From the NCBI GenBank assembly GCA_038087875.1, contig CM075991.1, forward strand, positions 13,022,001 to 13,086,000: DNA of 64,000 nucleotides. The letters run 5' to 3'. Made by a program: the position numbers and the translations under genes. Origin of the DNA: Malacoraja senta. Lineage: Eukaryota. Below, in pieces: positions 25,821-39,649 of the stretch; position 1 is the first letter of the stretch, and each line of letters begins with the position of its first letter. The notes under the pieces were generated by a model that made no database searches, was not told where the DNA came from, and saw only the letters and a list, made by a program, of their open reading frames with translations.

Positions 25821-26939
25821 TCTCGCCTGCCCAGCCCTTCCACATAAGACTGCCCATGTGTTCTGGGTAGTATTCTAGTAAACTGCTTCCAATGCATTAA
25901 TATTCTTTCCTAAAGAAGGTGGTTCACAGACATGTGGACTCACTAAATTTAACCCATTAACCAAATCCCATTAGAAATGAGGCATGACCTTCTTACTTCT
26001 GAGTTGAATTCATCTTGCATAAACATTCTCAGCTATCCTTGTCATTTACTGTGCCTTAGTACTAGGAATGGGATACCAAGGCCCCTCTGCGTCACAGAGC
26101 TCACCATTTAGATAATATACTCCTTTATACCTTCGGTCAAACTGAACAATTTCACATTTTCCCCTTGTTGGAAATGCTGGAAATATTCTGCAAGATAGGC
26201 GACATCAGTAAAGAGAAAGACAGAATTAACGATTCAGGTTAACGCCAGGTCAGCGAAACTGACTTTTGATTTTCAACTATCTCTCTCTGTTAGCTGTGCA
26301 CCATCAGTCGTCTTTGTAAGTCAGCCAGAGTTTGGGGACTCGGGCATGTTTACACTAGTAAGTTTCACCAGTCCTGTAGCCAAAGTTGCAAAGTCTTTGG
26401 TTACACTCCTTTAAAGAGTGAGACCATGAAGTGTCCTGAAGTATTACAGACCCACGTGACTCAGGCATAACATACTCACTCACCGGGCAGAATGTTTTCC
26501 TAATGATAGTGCAGATCTCGTTGTCTGCATAACTCCAGTGCACTGATTGTTTCATTTTCCACTCCTGTGCTTCCTTAAGAAGGCTCCAAGTGTTATTTTC
26601 CTGTGGGTCAGGAGTACGTACTTGTTAACTCACTTAGCATCTGAAATGAAAGCTATGCTTCTGGTGTTCAGACCAGCTCAACCTTATAAAAACTATCTTC
26701 TTTGAAAATTTCACCTGCATCTTGAACTGACAGGCATGAAAGGGTAAATGTAGCAACTTATATAAACACAAAAATGAAGGGAAAGTTACTTTTTTACATT
26801 GCGAGTAGTCAAAGAGGATTAACTGATCATTCACCTCATTAGGGAAACTCCTGTGATAAATAATACGGCAAATCCCTTTGACAATAAATATATTTCAGAG
26901 ATCAGATCAGATCAAATTTATTTCAGGTTTAAGGTTTAT

Positions 26940-27780
26940 TAGTTTGTTATCAGATATACTAAGGTGCAATTAAATTCATGTGTTGCACACAATAAACAGT
27001 CATACAGTAATGATAAATACATGGGTGTACAGGGGGCAGGGCAAGGGATTGAGCGAACAACCGTGACAGGTGGCTGTGTTGAGGGTCAGGGTGGAGGAAA
27101 CGTTGTGAGCAATTCTAATCAACTGAGGTCTGCCAGTCAGGAAGTTCAGAAGCCAATTGCAGTACATGGATAGGACAAGTTTGCAGGGATATGGACCAAA
27201 CACAGGCAGGTGGGACTAGTATAGCTGGGTCATGTTGGCCGGTGTGGGCAAGTTGGGCCGAAGGGCCTGTTTACACACTGTATCACTCTATGACTCTCTA
27301 TGGAGACCCCCTTTGATTCCACCCAAGGTTCAGAGGTTTAGAGATGAGTTTGTCAGTTATTATGATGTTGAAGGCTGAGCTGAAGTCAATAGACAATAGG
27401 TGCAGGAGTAGGCCATTCGGCCCTTCGAGCCAGCACCGCCATTCAATGTGATCATGGCTGATCATCCCCAATCAGTACCCCGTTCCTGCCTTTTCCCCAT
27501 ATCCCCTCACTCCGCTATCTTTAAGAGCCCTATCCAACTCTCTCTTGAAAGCATCCAGAGAACCTGCCTCCACCACCCTCTGAGGCAGAGAATTCCACAC
27601 TCACAACTCTCTGTGATAAAAAGTGTTTCCTCGTCTCCGTACTAAATGGCTTATTCCTTATTCTTGCTGTCGTGCTGACGTAGGTGTTATTGTTGTCAAG
27701 ATGATCCAGAGCGGAATGTAGGGCAAGAGAGATGGCTTCTCCCATTCCCTATTCTTCCTCCAGGCAAATCACAGGGGAAT
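26940..27780 (-). mobile_element. Degraded Rex1-type RT fragments interrupted by two CR1 3'-end fragments
   Basis: Translated pieces [13 protein letters not shown]...STLTLNT and AISLALHSALDHLDNNNTYV match the element at 1-1104. CR1 tails at ~27165-27300 and ~27390-27665. Confidence 0.7.
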
Positions 27781-28377
27781 TAGACTCTCCGGAACTCTGG
27801 TGTGATGGGATAGCATAGAACTAGTGTTCGATGGTCAACATGAACTCAGTGGGCCGAAGGGCCTGTTTCCACGCTGCATCTCTAAAACTAAACCTAATCC
27901 AAGGTTTCTGATTATTCGACCTTTATTGTCTTTGTTGGAATGTAGTGATCACTGCAGTTCTTGTTGAAACTGGTTACTGGTGAGGTATAGCGTACTCATT
28001 CAGGCTGGGTGAGGTTCTCTTGAACATGTTTCATTCCACCGACTCAAGGCAGTCCCGAAGTGGAGCCTCGTTCTCCTCAGACCACTGAGTTAATACTCTT
28101 TTTTTCCGCAAAGGTATTATTAAATGGTGTATAAATATAAATTTAATGTTTTGCCTGCATGAACTCAAATGGGACAAAAGGCTTCCTCCAAACTGATGTT
28201 TCTTGCAGGTGTTTGTAGACATGAAAATTGTTTGTAAATCACAGCATGGTAGGAGACATTTGGCCCATTGTGTATGCTCCAGCGACTGCAAGACAATCTA
28301 ACGGTCCCATTCCCCCATCCTCCCTTCATAATCTAGCATATTAACAAACCTATTCAAGTACTTAAGTTATTTTTAAT

Positions 28378-28680
28378 TTAGTTTAGTTTAGAGATACAGC
28401 ACGGAACCAGGCCCTTCGGCCCACCGAGTCCGCGCCGACCAGCGATCCCCGCACACTATCAATATCCTACACACACTAGGGACAATTTATACTTTTACCA
28501 AAGCCAATTAACCTACAAACCCACACGTTTTTGAAGTGTGGGAGGATACCGGAACACCCGGAGAAAACCCACGCAGGTCACGGGAGAATGTGCAAACTCC
28601 ACACAGACAGCACCCGTGGTCAGGATTGAACCCAGGTCTCTGGCGCTGTGAGGCAGCAGGTCTACCCGCTGTTGCCGCCA
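28378..28680 (-). mobile_element. HE1-like tRNA-derived SINE
   Basis: Minus strand shows an A-box-like head, GGTTCAATCC B box, V-domain, and a CR1-type tail ending in (CTAAA)n. Confidence 0.85.
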
Positions 28681-28982
28681 AGTTCATGTCAAGTGTTAAT
28701 CTGTCTCATGCTCTTCCTTCCTCTGGTAGTTCATGCCAATTTGTCACCATACAATTTTTTTTTTTATGCCACCACTGGTTCTTTTGACATTTACCTGGTC
28801 CTTGGCTCCTCCACCATACGTTTCTGTCTAGTTGCTCCATCCATGCCCTTCATGATTATAAATATCTCTCACGTGCTTGAAATCTCTGCTCTGGGAAGAA
28901 GAACAACCCTGCATCTCTATTCTGTTCTCAGTCCAGAATTAAAATCCTCCATCCCTGGAATCAACACTATTCATTATTTTCT

Positions 28983-29083
28983 GAAGATAGACACTAAATG
29001 CTGGAGTAACTCAGCAAGACAGGCAGCATCTCTGGAGAGAAGGAATGGGTGGCGTTTCTGGTTGAGACCCTTCTTCAGACTGA
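28983..29083 (-). mobile_element. Penelope-derived short repeat (single arm)
   Basis: GAAGATAGACAC...GAGACCCTTCTTCAGACTGA. Confidence 0.8.
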
Positions 29084-30086
29084 CCTTTTCTGTATCCTTT
29101 TCTTTAGTGTGGTGCCCAGAATTGGACTTGTGTTGTAGCTGAAGCAGTGTTTTATAAAGTTCCTCATTACTTCCTTGATCTTGTCATCTCTATCTTTTGT
29201 AAAGAAGCCAGGATTTCACATACTCATTTTAGCCAGCATATTTTAAGAGCATTTTCTTTGAATAGTTCATGATGACATGGCATTGGTTTGAATGGCTAGT
29301 TCCACATTGTATGATTTATGTGAAACAGTTTGGAGGAAATAATTTAGTTTAGGCTGCAATAATTCCTGGTAGTTCTTAAAAATTATCCAGCTATTGACCA
29401 ATATGCTGTCTGAACTGGAGTCAGTCCCATGTTCATACTTGTATAAGTGCTGCTAGTCCAATCACTTCATTAATAGTTTTCACAGTATGACCAGCCAGCA
29501 TGACTTAAAATCCTGCAAAAAGTGCTGCTGTGTGTATTCGATGGCTTTTAAGTGATTGTTCACTTTATTCACCTAACCATTACTTTGTGCAGTGAGAAAG
29601 AACACGCAAACTGCTGACAAAAGTTCTAAATCCCTTTTTAAGAGTTTCTAGCTGTCTCCTTTTGAGTATCTCTGAAGCTAATCTTTGAATAAGAGAGAGT
29701 GGAGTGGAGCCTGGAGTGTTACTCCTGCCGGGTTAATAGGGGCTAATGAAGTTTGGGTTCCACTGTTTGTTTTCTTAATGAGTCTAACGCAGAAACAAAG
29801 GTTACCGTGAAGCACAGAGCTAAAGTGATGGGCCCCTGTTGTGAATGCATTTTGTATTGCTTTGGTTGATGGTTTTATATCACTAACTGTAATAGATGTT
29901 TTGAATTCGTATATCAGTGAAATGATCTTTAAAATATTGTCTCACTTCCTATTAAAATGTATTGTCCACATGGGGTTTTAATAGTGCTCTGTGATGGTAT
30001 GTGATCTACAGACTTCAAAATATTCCTGATAGACTCATCTTTCTGGCCCTTTTCACCCATTGTTGTCCTGCACAGATTATAAAGAA

Positions 30087-30183
30087 TCTGAAGAAGGGTC
30101 TCGACCAGAAACGTCACCCATTCCTTCTCTCCAGAGATGCTGCCTGTCCTGCTGAGTTACTCCAGCTTTTTGTTTCTATCTTC
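30087..30183 (+). mobile_element. Penelope-derived short repeat (single arm)
   Basis: TCTGAAGAAGGGTCTCGACCAGAAACGTCACCC followed by the family body. Confidence 0.8.
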
Positions 30184-31639
30184 ATTATAAACTATGAGTT
30201 GGGCAACAATTTGGCATGAGAAATGAAGGAGTAGAAAATCTTATCACATTCTGAGCCATCATACATTAAACATAACAGTGGTTTTGCATAGTCATCTAAC
30301 AGTTAATTAGTATTTCCAGGATTTTGATTTAGGGAAGAATGTTTGCCAAGGTCCCAGGAGAAGTTTCATAAAACATGGAGACTTTAACATAAATGAATCT
30401 AATATGGAAAAAGACATGAGATGACTTGAAAATAAAATATGGAGTAAAGGCAGGAAGATTAAAAGGAGCTTAATCCAAGGATTGAATATATAGAATCAAT
30501 GTGTGTATACAAAGTAATAAAGGGCTGATATTGTAAGATTCTCTCGGGGAATAAAGATAAAAGGCAAAAAGTGGTGAAGTGGTGGCTCACTGGAGCAGTT
30601 AATGATGACGGAGATTAAAAGGAAACTCTTAGATCTGATCTAGAGCTACTTACAATCTACATTGATTATTTTATTGAGGGCAATGTTAAATTCACCCATT
30701 CTGATATTGATTTGAAGCTAACCGAGATGTTAAGATGTGAGAAAAATGTAAAGATCTGCAAAGAGTTAAAATTGGTTATCTGGTTGTCCAAGAAAATGCC
30801 AAATGAAGGATAATGTGGGTACGTGTGAAATGATGCTGTGGTATGGAGAATGGAACAGTTGAATAATGTTAGAAGATGCTTGGGCAGGCTTTCAGTATCA
30901 GCAAAGGGTAACCAGGAAATGAATAAGGGGATAGTTATGCATGAGGAGAAATGATCAAAAAATATTAAACCCAATTGCAAAAGACGACACATGTGGAAAG
31001 GAAGAGATTACTGAAAGTAAACTGGGGTCCTATAGATTCTAGTAAGAAGAAAAAGAAACTACAATGAAGATTCAAGAAAGGATAGAGATGTTAAACAAAT
31101 GCCTACTTTCAGAGAACATAAAAACAAAGGAGGAATTGTGGGGGACCAAGTGTACACGAGAGTGAGGAAGTAGTGTACATTAGTTAAAAAAATACTCGAG
31201 CTAAAAGCTGGTAACCGCAGACTTAACGGCCCCTCACTATCGTTTTAAATGAGATTCTGCAGTCAGTGTTGGTAAAGGATTTCATCTTTCTAAACCCTCT
31301 TGATTCTAGAGTGGACCTCATGTATCGAAAGATAGGAAGTGTAACCTTGCTAAATAAGATAAAAGAGAGCGATGGAATATAAGTGAAATAAGTTTCACCA
31401 AAAGGAAGAAAAATGTCAAAATGTTTTATTAAGGACGTAGTAACAGGCCCGGGAAAGGTCAGGTAAGTCAGTATGGTTTTGTGAAAGGAAAATCGTTCAG
31501 GGAAAAATCTAATTGAGATTTTACTGGCTAAAGATTGGAGAGTAATAATAGATAAGTAGGAACTAGTGAATATTGAATATTTGTATTTTTAGAAGGAATC
31601 TGATGAGTAATCATACCAGTATGGAAATTGTAGGATTTT

Positions 31640-32825
31640 ATAGAACAGTACAGCACAAGAACAGGCCCTTCAGCCCACAATGTCTGTGCCGAACATGATG
31701 CCATGACCATCTCTTGTCTATCTGCACATAATCCATATCCCTCTATTCTCTGCATAACCATGTGCCGATCCAAAAGTTTCTTAAATGTCGTTATTGCATC
31801 TGCCTCAACCACCACCCCTGGCAGTGGGGCTCCAGGCAATCCCTTTAAAATTTGCCCCTCTCACCTTAAAGCTATGCCCTCTAGATTTTGATTGCTTCTT
31901 TCCTGGGAAAAAGACTCTGTCTACCTTATCTATGTACACCGCTCATCATTTTATACATTTCTATCGGGTCTTGCCGCTACCTCCGGTGTCCAGAGAAACC
32001 AATCCAAGTCCGTCCAACCTCACCCGATACCTAATACCCCCGAAACCAGGCGTCATTCTGGTAAATATCCTCTGTATTTCCAAATCCTCCTGCAATGTGG
32101 TGATGCAATACTCCAAATGCAGCCTAACCAAAGTCCTATGCTGTATCGTGTCTACCTGACTCTTATACTCAATGCCACAACCTATGAAAGCAAGCATACC
32201 ATATGCCTTCATTACCACTCTAGTAATAGGAATACTTTATTGTCACATGTGACCAGACAATGAGATTCTTTGCTTGCGTACTCAATGTACACAAATAGCA
32301 GCCACCTATGGCGCTGACAGTTACAAAGCACGCCGGCTCCCCCTTTTGTCCCCCCCCCCAACAGTCTCAACGCTGTCGATACCCCACTTCACGCTTCCAT
32401 GGTGCCAACCCGGGCCCAAGCCACGGGCTCCTTCGGCCGCTTCGCCCGCCGCAGGCTTCAACCCGCGAGGCCCCGACCCAGGCTTCTACGCGGCAATCCG
32501 GGAGGCATCTAAACCGCGCCGCCTCGATAAGGGCCTCTGACCGCGTTACCAGTCCTCAGCCACAGCCTCGTCGGGAAGCCTTCTATCTACTAGTGTGGCC
32601 ACTTTCAGGGAATTATGTACCTGGATGCCAAGATCCCTCTGTACACCAATGCTGTAAAGGGTCATGCCATTATTGTATACTTTTCCTTATATTTGACCTC
32701 CCAAATTACAAGACCTCACACTTGCACAGATTAAACTCCATCTGCCATTTATCTACCTGTTTCTGCAGCTGATGTATATCTCACTGGTCCATTCACCCCA
32801 GCAATCTTGGTGTTGTCTGCAAACT
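31640..32825 (-). mobile_element. Degraded CR1 LINE 3' portion, split by a GC-rich insertion at ~32222-32580
   Basis: KAYGMLAFI, LVRLHLEYC, FKKLLDRHM and a CR1 3' UTR at 31640. RT-like sequence resumes at ~32580. Confidence 0.75.
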
Positions 32826-33005
32826 TTCAAAGATTACATATGGAAGTTGTACACAGGTTAGGTCTTATCTAAAAGAAGATATATTATCTTTAGAAGTGTT
32901 GGAAATAGAAGGTTATACTGGATTGAATCCTATGGTGAGAGGGCAATTTGGAAAGAATGAGTCTATATTTTTTTCAGTTTAGAAAAATGAATAATAATCA
33001 TATTG

Positions 33006-33137
33006 TAGACACAAAAAGCTGGAGTAACTCAGCGGGACAGGCAGCATCTCTGGAGAGAAGGAATGGGTGACGTTTCGGGTCACGACCCTTTTTGGCTATC
33101 TTCGGTTTAAACCAGCATCTGCAGCTCCTTCTTACAC
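33006..33137. mobile_element. Penelope-derived palindromic repeat with 13-bp TSD
   Basis: AATAATCATATTG at 32993-33005 and 33138-33150. Confidence 0.85.
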
Positions 33138-34351
33138 AATAATCATATTGAATTATATATTTTTTTTAATCCATTTTGGCAGGGTGGATCATGATACTGA
33201 CTCCCTTGACTGGAAAGTCCAAGAGTAGGAGTTATGATATCAGATTGAAGGTTTGGTCATATAGATTAGAAGTACATAATAGCAGCAACATTATGCTTGA
33301 CCATGAAGTGTTTGATGCATGTATTGAAAACTGGGACTAATAGAGTGTGTGATCACATGATGCAGGAATAGGATGGGAATGTGGAGTTGATGAAGAGTCT
33401 TTCCCATATTGGAATTGTGGAGTAGGATAAGAGATGAATGGTCTTCTATTATTGGGAACCAAGAGAGCGCTCTTGGCAATATCACATCTTCATACTGAAC
33501 CGCAATGCTGGCACACATTTCACCTTCCTAGAGACACAAGAAACTGGAGATACTGGAATCTTGAGCAATACACAAAGTACTTTGGAACTCAGCAGGACAG
33601 GCAGCATCTGTGGAGATAATGAACAGATTCGGTTTGGGACTCTTCTTCAAAATGATTTAATATTGCCAAGTGTTTACTGTGGAGAGAAAAAACAATTGGC
33701 AAGACAGATCTACGGAAATGTTTATGCTTCAATCAAGCTTTCTCCAATCCTTCTTCACCAGCGTTCTCTTTGATCCTCTGCAAAACTGAAAAGGGAAGTG
33801 CAGGGCCATGTAAAATCACCCTTGGCACCACTTCAACCATTTATGTTTTAATTAAAACAGTTAATATTTGCAGCCATGGAACTTGAGTTGTATAAATCCT
33901 CAATGTAGAAAGGCTTTATACTTTTTTAAGTAAGATCCATTATGTCAGGTATACCTACAATACAGGCTGAAGTAGAAATGTTGCCAGGCTATGATTAACC
34001 TTTAAATCAGCAGTTGTCACAATGCCACCCTGCCGTCTGTATTGAATCCCATCATGGCAGAAAGAGAAATAGTGAGATCTTCAAAGACTCAGTTTTAACT
34101 GGTCTCCAATTTCTTTCATGTACAGAAATGTTTTGTGCATAACATAAATTACATTTTAAAATGCAATCACTAAATGGGATTGAATCTTTTGTTACCTAAA
34201 TTAGCTCTGGGCCCTAACATATATGTGTACAGTGATGATAAACAACATGGTTTGAGGCTCTGTACAAAATTCTTCTGTGCATTCGAAGTCTGAATAATTA
34301 TAACTCTTGTTAATTAAGGTTTTAAGCAGACAATTGAGGCTGGCCTTACCT

Positions 34352-34958
34352 TTAGAGTCATAGAATGATACAGTGTGGAAACAGGCCCTTCGGCCCAACT
34401 CGCCCACACTGACCAACAATGTCCCAGCTACACTAGTCCTACTTGCCTGCGCTTGGCCCATATCCCTCCAAACCTGTCCTATCCATGTACCTGTCTAACT
34501 GTTTCTTAAACGATGGGATAGTCCCAGCCTCAACTACCTCCTCTGGCAGCTTGTTCCATACACCCACTACCCTCTGTGTGAAAAAGTGACCCCTCGGATT
34601 CCTATTAAATCTTTTCCCCTTCACCTTAAACCTATGTCCTCTGGTCCTCGATTCCCCTACTCTGGGCAAAATACTCTGTGCATCTACCCGATCTATTCTT
34701 CTCATGATTTTATACACCTCTATAAGATCTCCCCTCATCCTCCTGCGCTCCATGGAATAGAGACCCAGCCTACTCAACCTCTCCCTATAGCTCACACGCT
34801 CTAGTCCTGGCAGCATCCTCGTAAATCTTTTCTGAACCCTTTCAAGCTTGACAATATCTTTCCTATAACACGGTGCCCAGAACTGAACACAATATTCTAA
34901 ACGAGGTCTCACTAACATCTTATACAACTGCAACATGACCTCCCAACTTATTATACTC
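34352..34958 (-). mobile_element. CR1 LINE, 5'-truncated 3' end
   Basis: ORF 34439-34990: LYKMLVRPRLEYCVQFWAP, RRRMRGDLIEVYKIM, RTRGH, FFTQRVVGVWNKLP. CR1 3' UTR follows. Confidence 0.9.
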
Positions 34959-34962
34959 AAAA

Positions 34963-35189
34963 GCCTTGAGTAACCCAGCGGGATAGGCATCTCTGGAGAA
35001 AAGGAATAGGTTGCATTTTGGGTTGAGACCCTTCCTCAGTTCATTCCCCTGACTCTCAGTCTGAGGAAGGGTCTTGACCCAAACGTCACCTATTCCTTTT
35101 CTCCAGAGATGCTGCCTGTCCTGCTGAGTAACTCCAGAACTTTGTGTCTATCTTCGATTTAAACCAGCACCTGCAGTTCCTCCCTACAC
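34963..35189. mobile_element. Penelope-derived palindromic repeat with short spacer
   Basis: Inverted arms meet at ~35040-35057. Plus-strand motif CTGAGGAAGGGTCTTGACCCAAACGTCACC. Confidence 0.8.
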
Positions 35190-36397
35190 TTCCTTTACCT
35201 TCATGTTGCTCTGGAGTCTGAGGCATCCATTGACTTAGGGAGCCCACAGTCATATAGCACCAAAACAGGCCCTTTGGCCCAACTGTTCCATGCTGATTTG
35301 CAGGTGGATTTTCCTTTAACTGTGTTTCTTAATGTTCATCCCACCTCACTCCCACACAGCTGCTCACCACCTTACCCTAACACAGCTGCTCTTTGCATAT
35401 CAAGGATCTTCAAACTAACCAGTTTATTTTGATTGTATTATTTTGGAAAAATGATGTTAGCCACGCAAAGGTTGCATTGTCCAACTGCTTGGCTTGAATT
35501 TAAAGATTTGCAAATAATATACCAGTCATTTATGAAAATGCACAAATGTAGAAATAATTTCAATTTATTTAACAGCTTTAGGCTACAAAAACAGCTTTAA
35601 AAACAATTAATATTATATAGACATCTTGTTAAAGAACTCTCATTATAACACTTTAAGGCTCAATTATTTACTAAAATAGCACACAATTATTTTTCGCTCA
35701 ATTGAAAAAATAGACCTTTTATAGAAATGTTATATCACAGCTCTATGTTCTGTATATTACATAGGGCATTATATATTCAGCATCCCTTGACCTGAGTTGC
35801 AGATATGCACAATAAAACAAGAACATGCTCACATGACAGTGATTTACCGAGTTAACATACACATCAGATTTTCTCTCAGTGCTAGAAATCAGTTTCCAAT
35901 TCTGATGTAAGATCTGCAGATAAATATTCATCGGATTTTTTTAAAAGAGTATACTTCCAGCATTTTCTGTCCCTATTTCAGATTTCTAGGGACATTTGAA
36001 TTTAAGAGTGGCATCATCTGAACAGACTAACAGGCAGAGGCTGCCCCCTGGTGGTTCTGTTAACCAAGGATCGTTTTTGAGATTACTGTATAGTGCCAAT
36101 ATATAGTTATCACTATATAACTGCTTTGATTCATTAGTTCTCGGCGCCAATCTGCAGCTCACCTTACAAATGGACAACATCAAAATCCCCTAATTTCAAA
36201 ATACAATTTGCTCCTTTATTTTCACCATCTTTCTACTAGATAGATAATGGGTTGAGAAAAAAAGTTCAGTTGAATAGTCATTGTTTGACCAAAAACAACC
36301 TCATTAATTGCAGTTAAACCTGTGGAAGTAAACAAGTTGAGACCTGTTAAAAATATTCACCAAAAAATATTGATGACCATCTGTTCACTGCTGCTGC

Positions 36398-36812
36398 CGT
36401 AGGTATCTAGTTACTGTAGGTATCTAGCTCCTGTGGGTATCTAGTTACTGTAGGTATCTAGCTGCTGTAGGTATCTAGCTCCTGTAGGTATCTGGTTACT
36501 GTAGGTATCTAGCTCCTGTAGGTGTCTAGCGGACGTAGGTATCTAGTTACTGTAGGTATCTAGCTCCTGTAGGTATCTAGTTACTGTAGGTATCTAGCTC
36601 CTGTAGGTATCTAGTGGACGTAGGTATCTAGCTCCTGTAGGTATCTAGCTCCTGTAGGTATCTAGTGGACGTAGGTATCTAGCTCCTGTAGGTATCTAGC
36701 TCCTGTAGGTGTCTAGTTACTGTAGGTATCTAGCTCCTGTAGATGTCTAGCGGACGTAGGTATCTAGCTGCTGTAGGTATCTAGCTGCTGTAGGTATCTA
36801 GCTGCTGTAGCT
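36398..36812. repeat. Minisatellite with 17-bp unit GTAGGTATCTAG+(CTCCT/TTACT/CTGCT/TGGAC)
   Basis: Directly visible, about 24 units. Confidence 0.95.
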
Positions 36813-37604
36813 ACTACAGGATGGGTAGCTACAGCACACTGGCCATCGTGTGAAATCATTGTAACTGTGTTTGGGATCGATTGGGTTCATTTGTCAATAT
36901 CAGATTTGGGGCAATATTTGGGTTTTAAAAGGGAAATCTGAGGAACAAAACATTATAACAGGATAAAGTGCCATAATAACAATAAGCTTTCACTGTTTTA
37001 TTATCTGATACTGGCTAAGTGAGGAGAGTTGGATCCATGTTTCTATACAATCAATATATTGGCTTTCATTGCAAGAACATTTGCGTTAATTTGAAGCATC
37101 TTGCTCTAATTAGCTAGAGTCCGAGTGTGGCTAAACCTTGTGTTTAAGTTTGATGTCCTTACTTAAGGAAGGATAAACCTACCAGATTGATGCCTGGGAT
37201 AAGCAGACTGAGCCCCACTGCAACTCTGTGCATTTCATTTAGATTACCTCTCACAGTTGCAGTGGGGCAACAGGGTAGATATGTGGCTGGGATGATCGAG
37301 AACCAGAGGTCACAGTCTAAAGGGATCGCCATTTGGGTCAGAAATGAGAAGAAATTTCTTCATGCAGAGGTGAGTGAATCTTTGGAATTTGCTACCCAAT
37401 GGGCTTGATTTGTTTTCTGTAGCTGTAACACCATATTCTGTACGGTTAATTTTCCCTTTTGCACTACCTATTGTACTCATCATGTATGGCATGAGCTGCC
37501 TGGGCAACATACAAAATAATGTTTTTCACTGTATTTTGGTACATGTGACACAATAAATCAAATAGCAATTCCAATTGTTAGGTATATTCAGGGCAGAGAG
37601 ATGA

Positions 37605-37965
37605 CATTATCATCATCAATGACCCACACCAGCCTAGTCATGCTCTCATTTCACTCCTGCCATTGGGTAGAAGGTACAGGAGTCTGAAAACTGTGAGTTC
37701 CAGGTTCAGGAACAGCTGCTTCCCAACAATCATCTGGCTATTGAACACTACAAACACCAACTAAACTTAAAACTATGAACTGTCTTGGTTGCACTCGGGA
37801 CTTCTGGCCTTTGTTTTGTTTTGCACTGATATTGGGGGTTTTTAAGTTATTGAACATTATTTGCCTGTTTATTGAGTTATCTATTAAATACTGTGTTTAC
37901 AGACCTGTTATGCAGCTGCAAGTAAAAAAATCCATTGTGCTGTTTTGGTACATTTGACAATTAAA
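37605..37965 (+). mobile_element. Rex1-type LINE 3' fragment
   Basis: Degenerate DPHQPSHALISLLPLGRRYRSLK followed by a 3' UTR. Confidence 0.65.
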
Positions 37966-39649
37966 AATTCTTGATTCTCTCTCTCTCACTTTAGGTGGGA
38001 TATGGGCTTTTTTTAGGACAGGCTTTTCCTCATCCTAAAAAATCTTTAAAAGACTTGAAACTGCAGAAATAATTCCAGTTTTGAAATGAAATCCTCTGGT
38101 GCGGTTAAAGCTTGGAGTGATTCAGATATTCACTTTAGCTTTTTATTAATCTTTGTTAGAGTTTGTGGACTGATGTCCAGTAACACACCAATAAAAACCT
38201 GCTAATTTCTGCCCAAACCTATGTGGCAGTAACTACAGTGCATTTCCTGAGAAATTCTGAAATCGATTTCATTTTGCTAACAGTGAATATTTCATAAAAA
38301 TTAATGATAGGATTTGGCTCCAGTGCAAAAGCTTACATTCCATCGTGGGAGTGATACACTCATTGTAATCAGATTACCACACATGTGCAAAAGCTGTCCT
38401 ACTCTCAGTCAGCCTGTCAATGCAAAGTTGATGGAGAAGTTATGATTGGTCTAAAAGTTGGGAACTCACTTTTTTTCTCTCCCATTATGAGTGACCAAAT
38501 TAATCCCCATTGTTACTTTGAATCACCAACTAAATGCCTTAAAAAAATCTCCACACAGCTTCCTTCTGTGTGTACCTAAAGTGTACGTTAGCTCCAATTG
38601 ACAGACTAACAAGGCTTGTCAGAGGCTTATTTGGTACATATGGCCTTATCCACTCAGTAGCTACATCATTTAGACGATGATAACCTCTAGTTTCTGCCTT
38701 AAATATAAAAGGAAAGAAAGTAAAAATGCAGCATGTACAGGGATTGTTTGGATTTTATGCAGTCGTATAAAACAGATGTTGAATTTGCAGCCCATTTTAC
38801 ATCAACTCCCATAATTATTTCCATGGAAGCTGTTGAGTATAAAATGGGCTGTTGACTGTCTATCATTATAGTGCAAAGTTGAGATATCTCTTCTGACCTG
38901 CTTTTGATAAAATGCAAGCATCACAAAGAGTAATTGTAAAATAATGGAGAACTGGACCAAAATCAAAGAAAAAGCACAACCTGCATAAGTAACTTGCTTT
39001 GTTATTACATTGTTCCTTTTCCATTCTATTAATGATCTTTTAAACGGGTGGAGGTCTATGAAAAGGAGCCAATTTATGTCAATATTTCAACTGTAGTCCT
39101 AAGGTGCTCTGCCTTGCAACATCTGCTTGGCTTTTCATAGCTGTTTATTTTAAATTTAGTTTTTCTTCCTCTTTTTTACTCTTTATGCATTCAAATATTC
39201 ACTAGAGTGGAGATCGTAGTTGACAACAGTTGCTCTTCATAATGACTAAATCTTTGGAGGTCTGCAAATATGTCAAAATATGGAGGGTTTACCCAAAGCC
39301 TGTCTATAGATGGAACTTCCAGCACAGAAACAGGCCATTTGCTTCAACTCGTCTGTGATATTTATGCTCAACAGGAATCGTCTTCCATCTCACTTTGTCT
39401 ATCACATATATGACCAGAGCAGACGTGGTCTTTCGTCAATTTCTCATCAAAGTTTTCCACAAAAAAGCATACATTTTCCAGCAGGTTTGTAACCAACAAT
39501 CACCAGCTGAAATCCTTGCTACATTAGTTTTATACTTCCAGTCATTCCATCCAGATCATGATGCACTAGGCAGTGTATCGCTAGACAGTGGTTTCACGCT
39601 AAGCCTCTGCTGAATTATGAAGACGTTTCTTTTGAAGTTTTCTACTTAG

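Noticed and set aside
36398..36812. CRISPR-like repeat/spacer pattern
   Set aside because: The variable part is only 5 bp and recurrent, the context is eukaryotic, and there are no cas genes.
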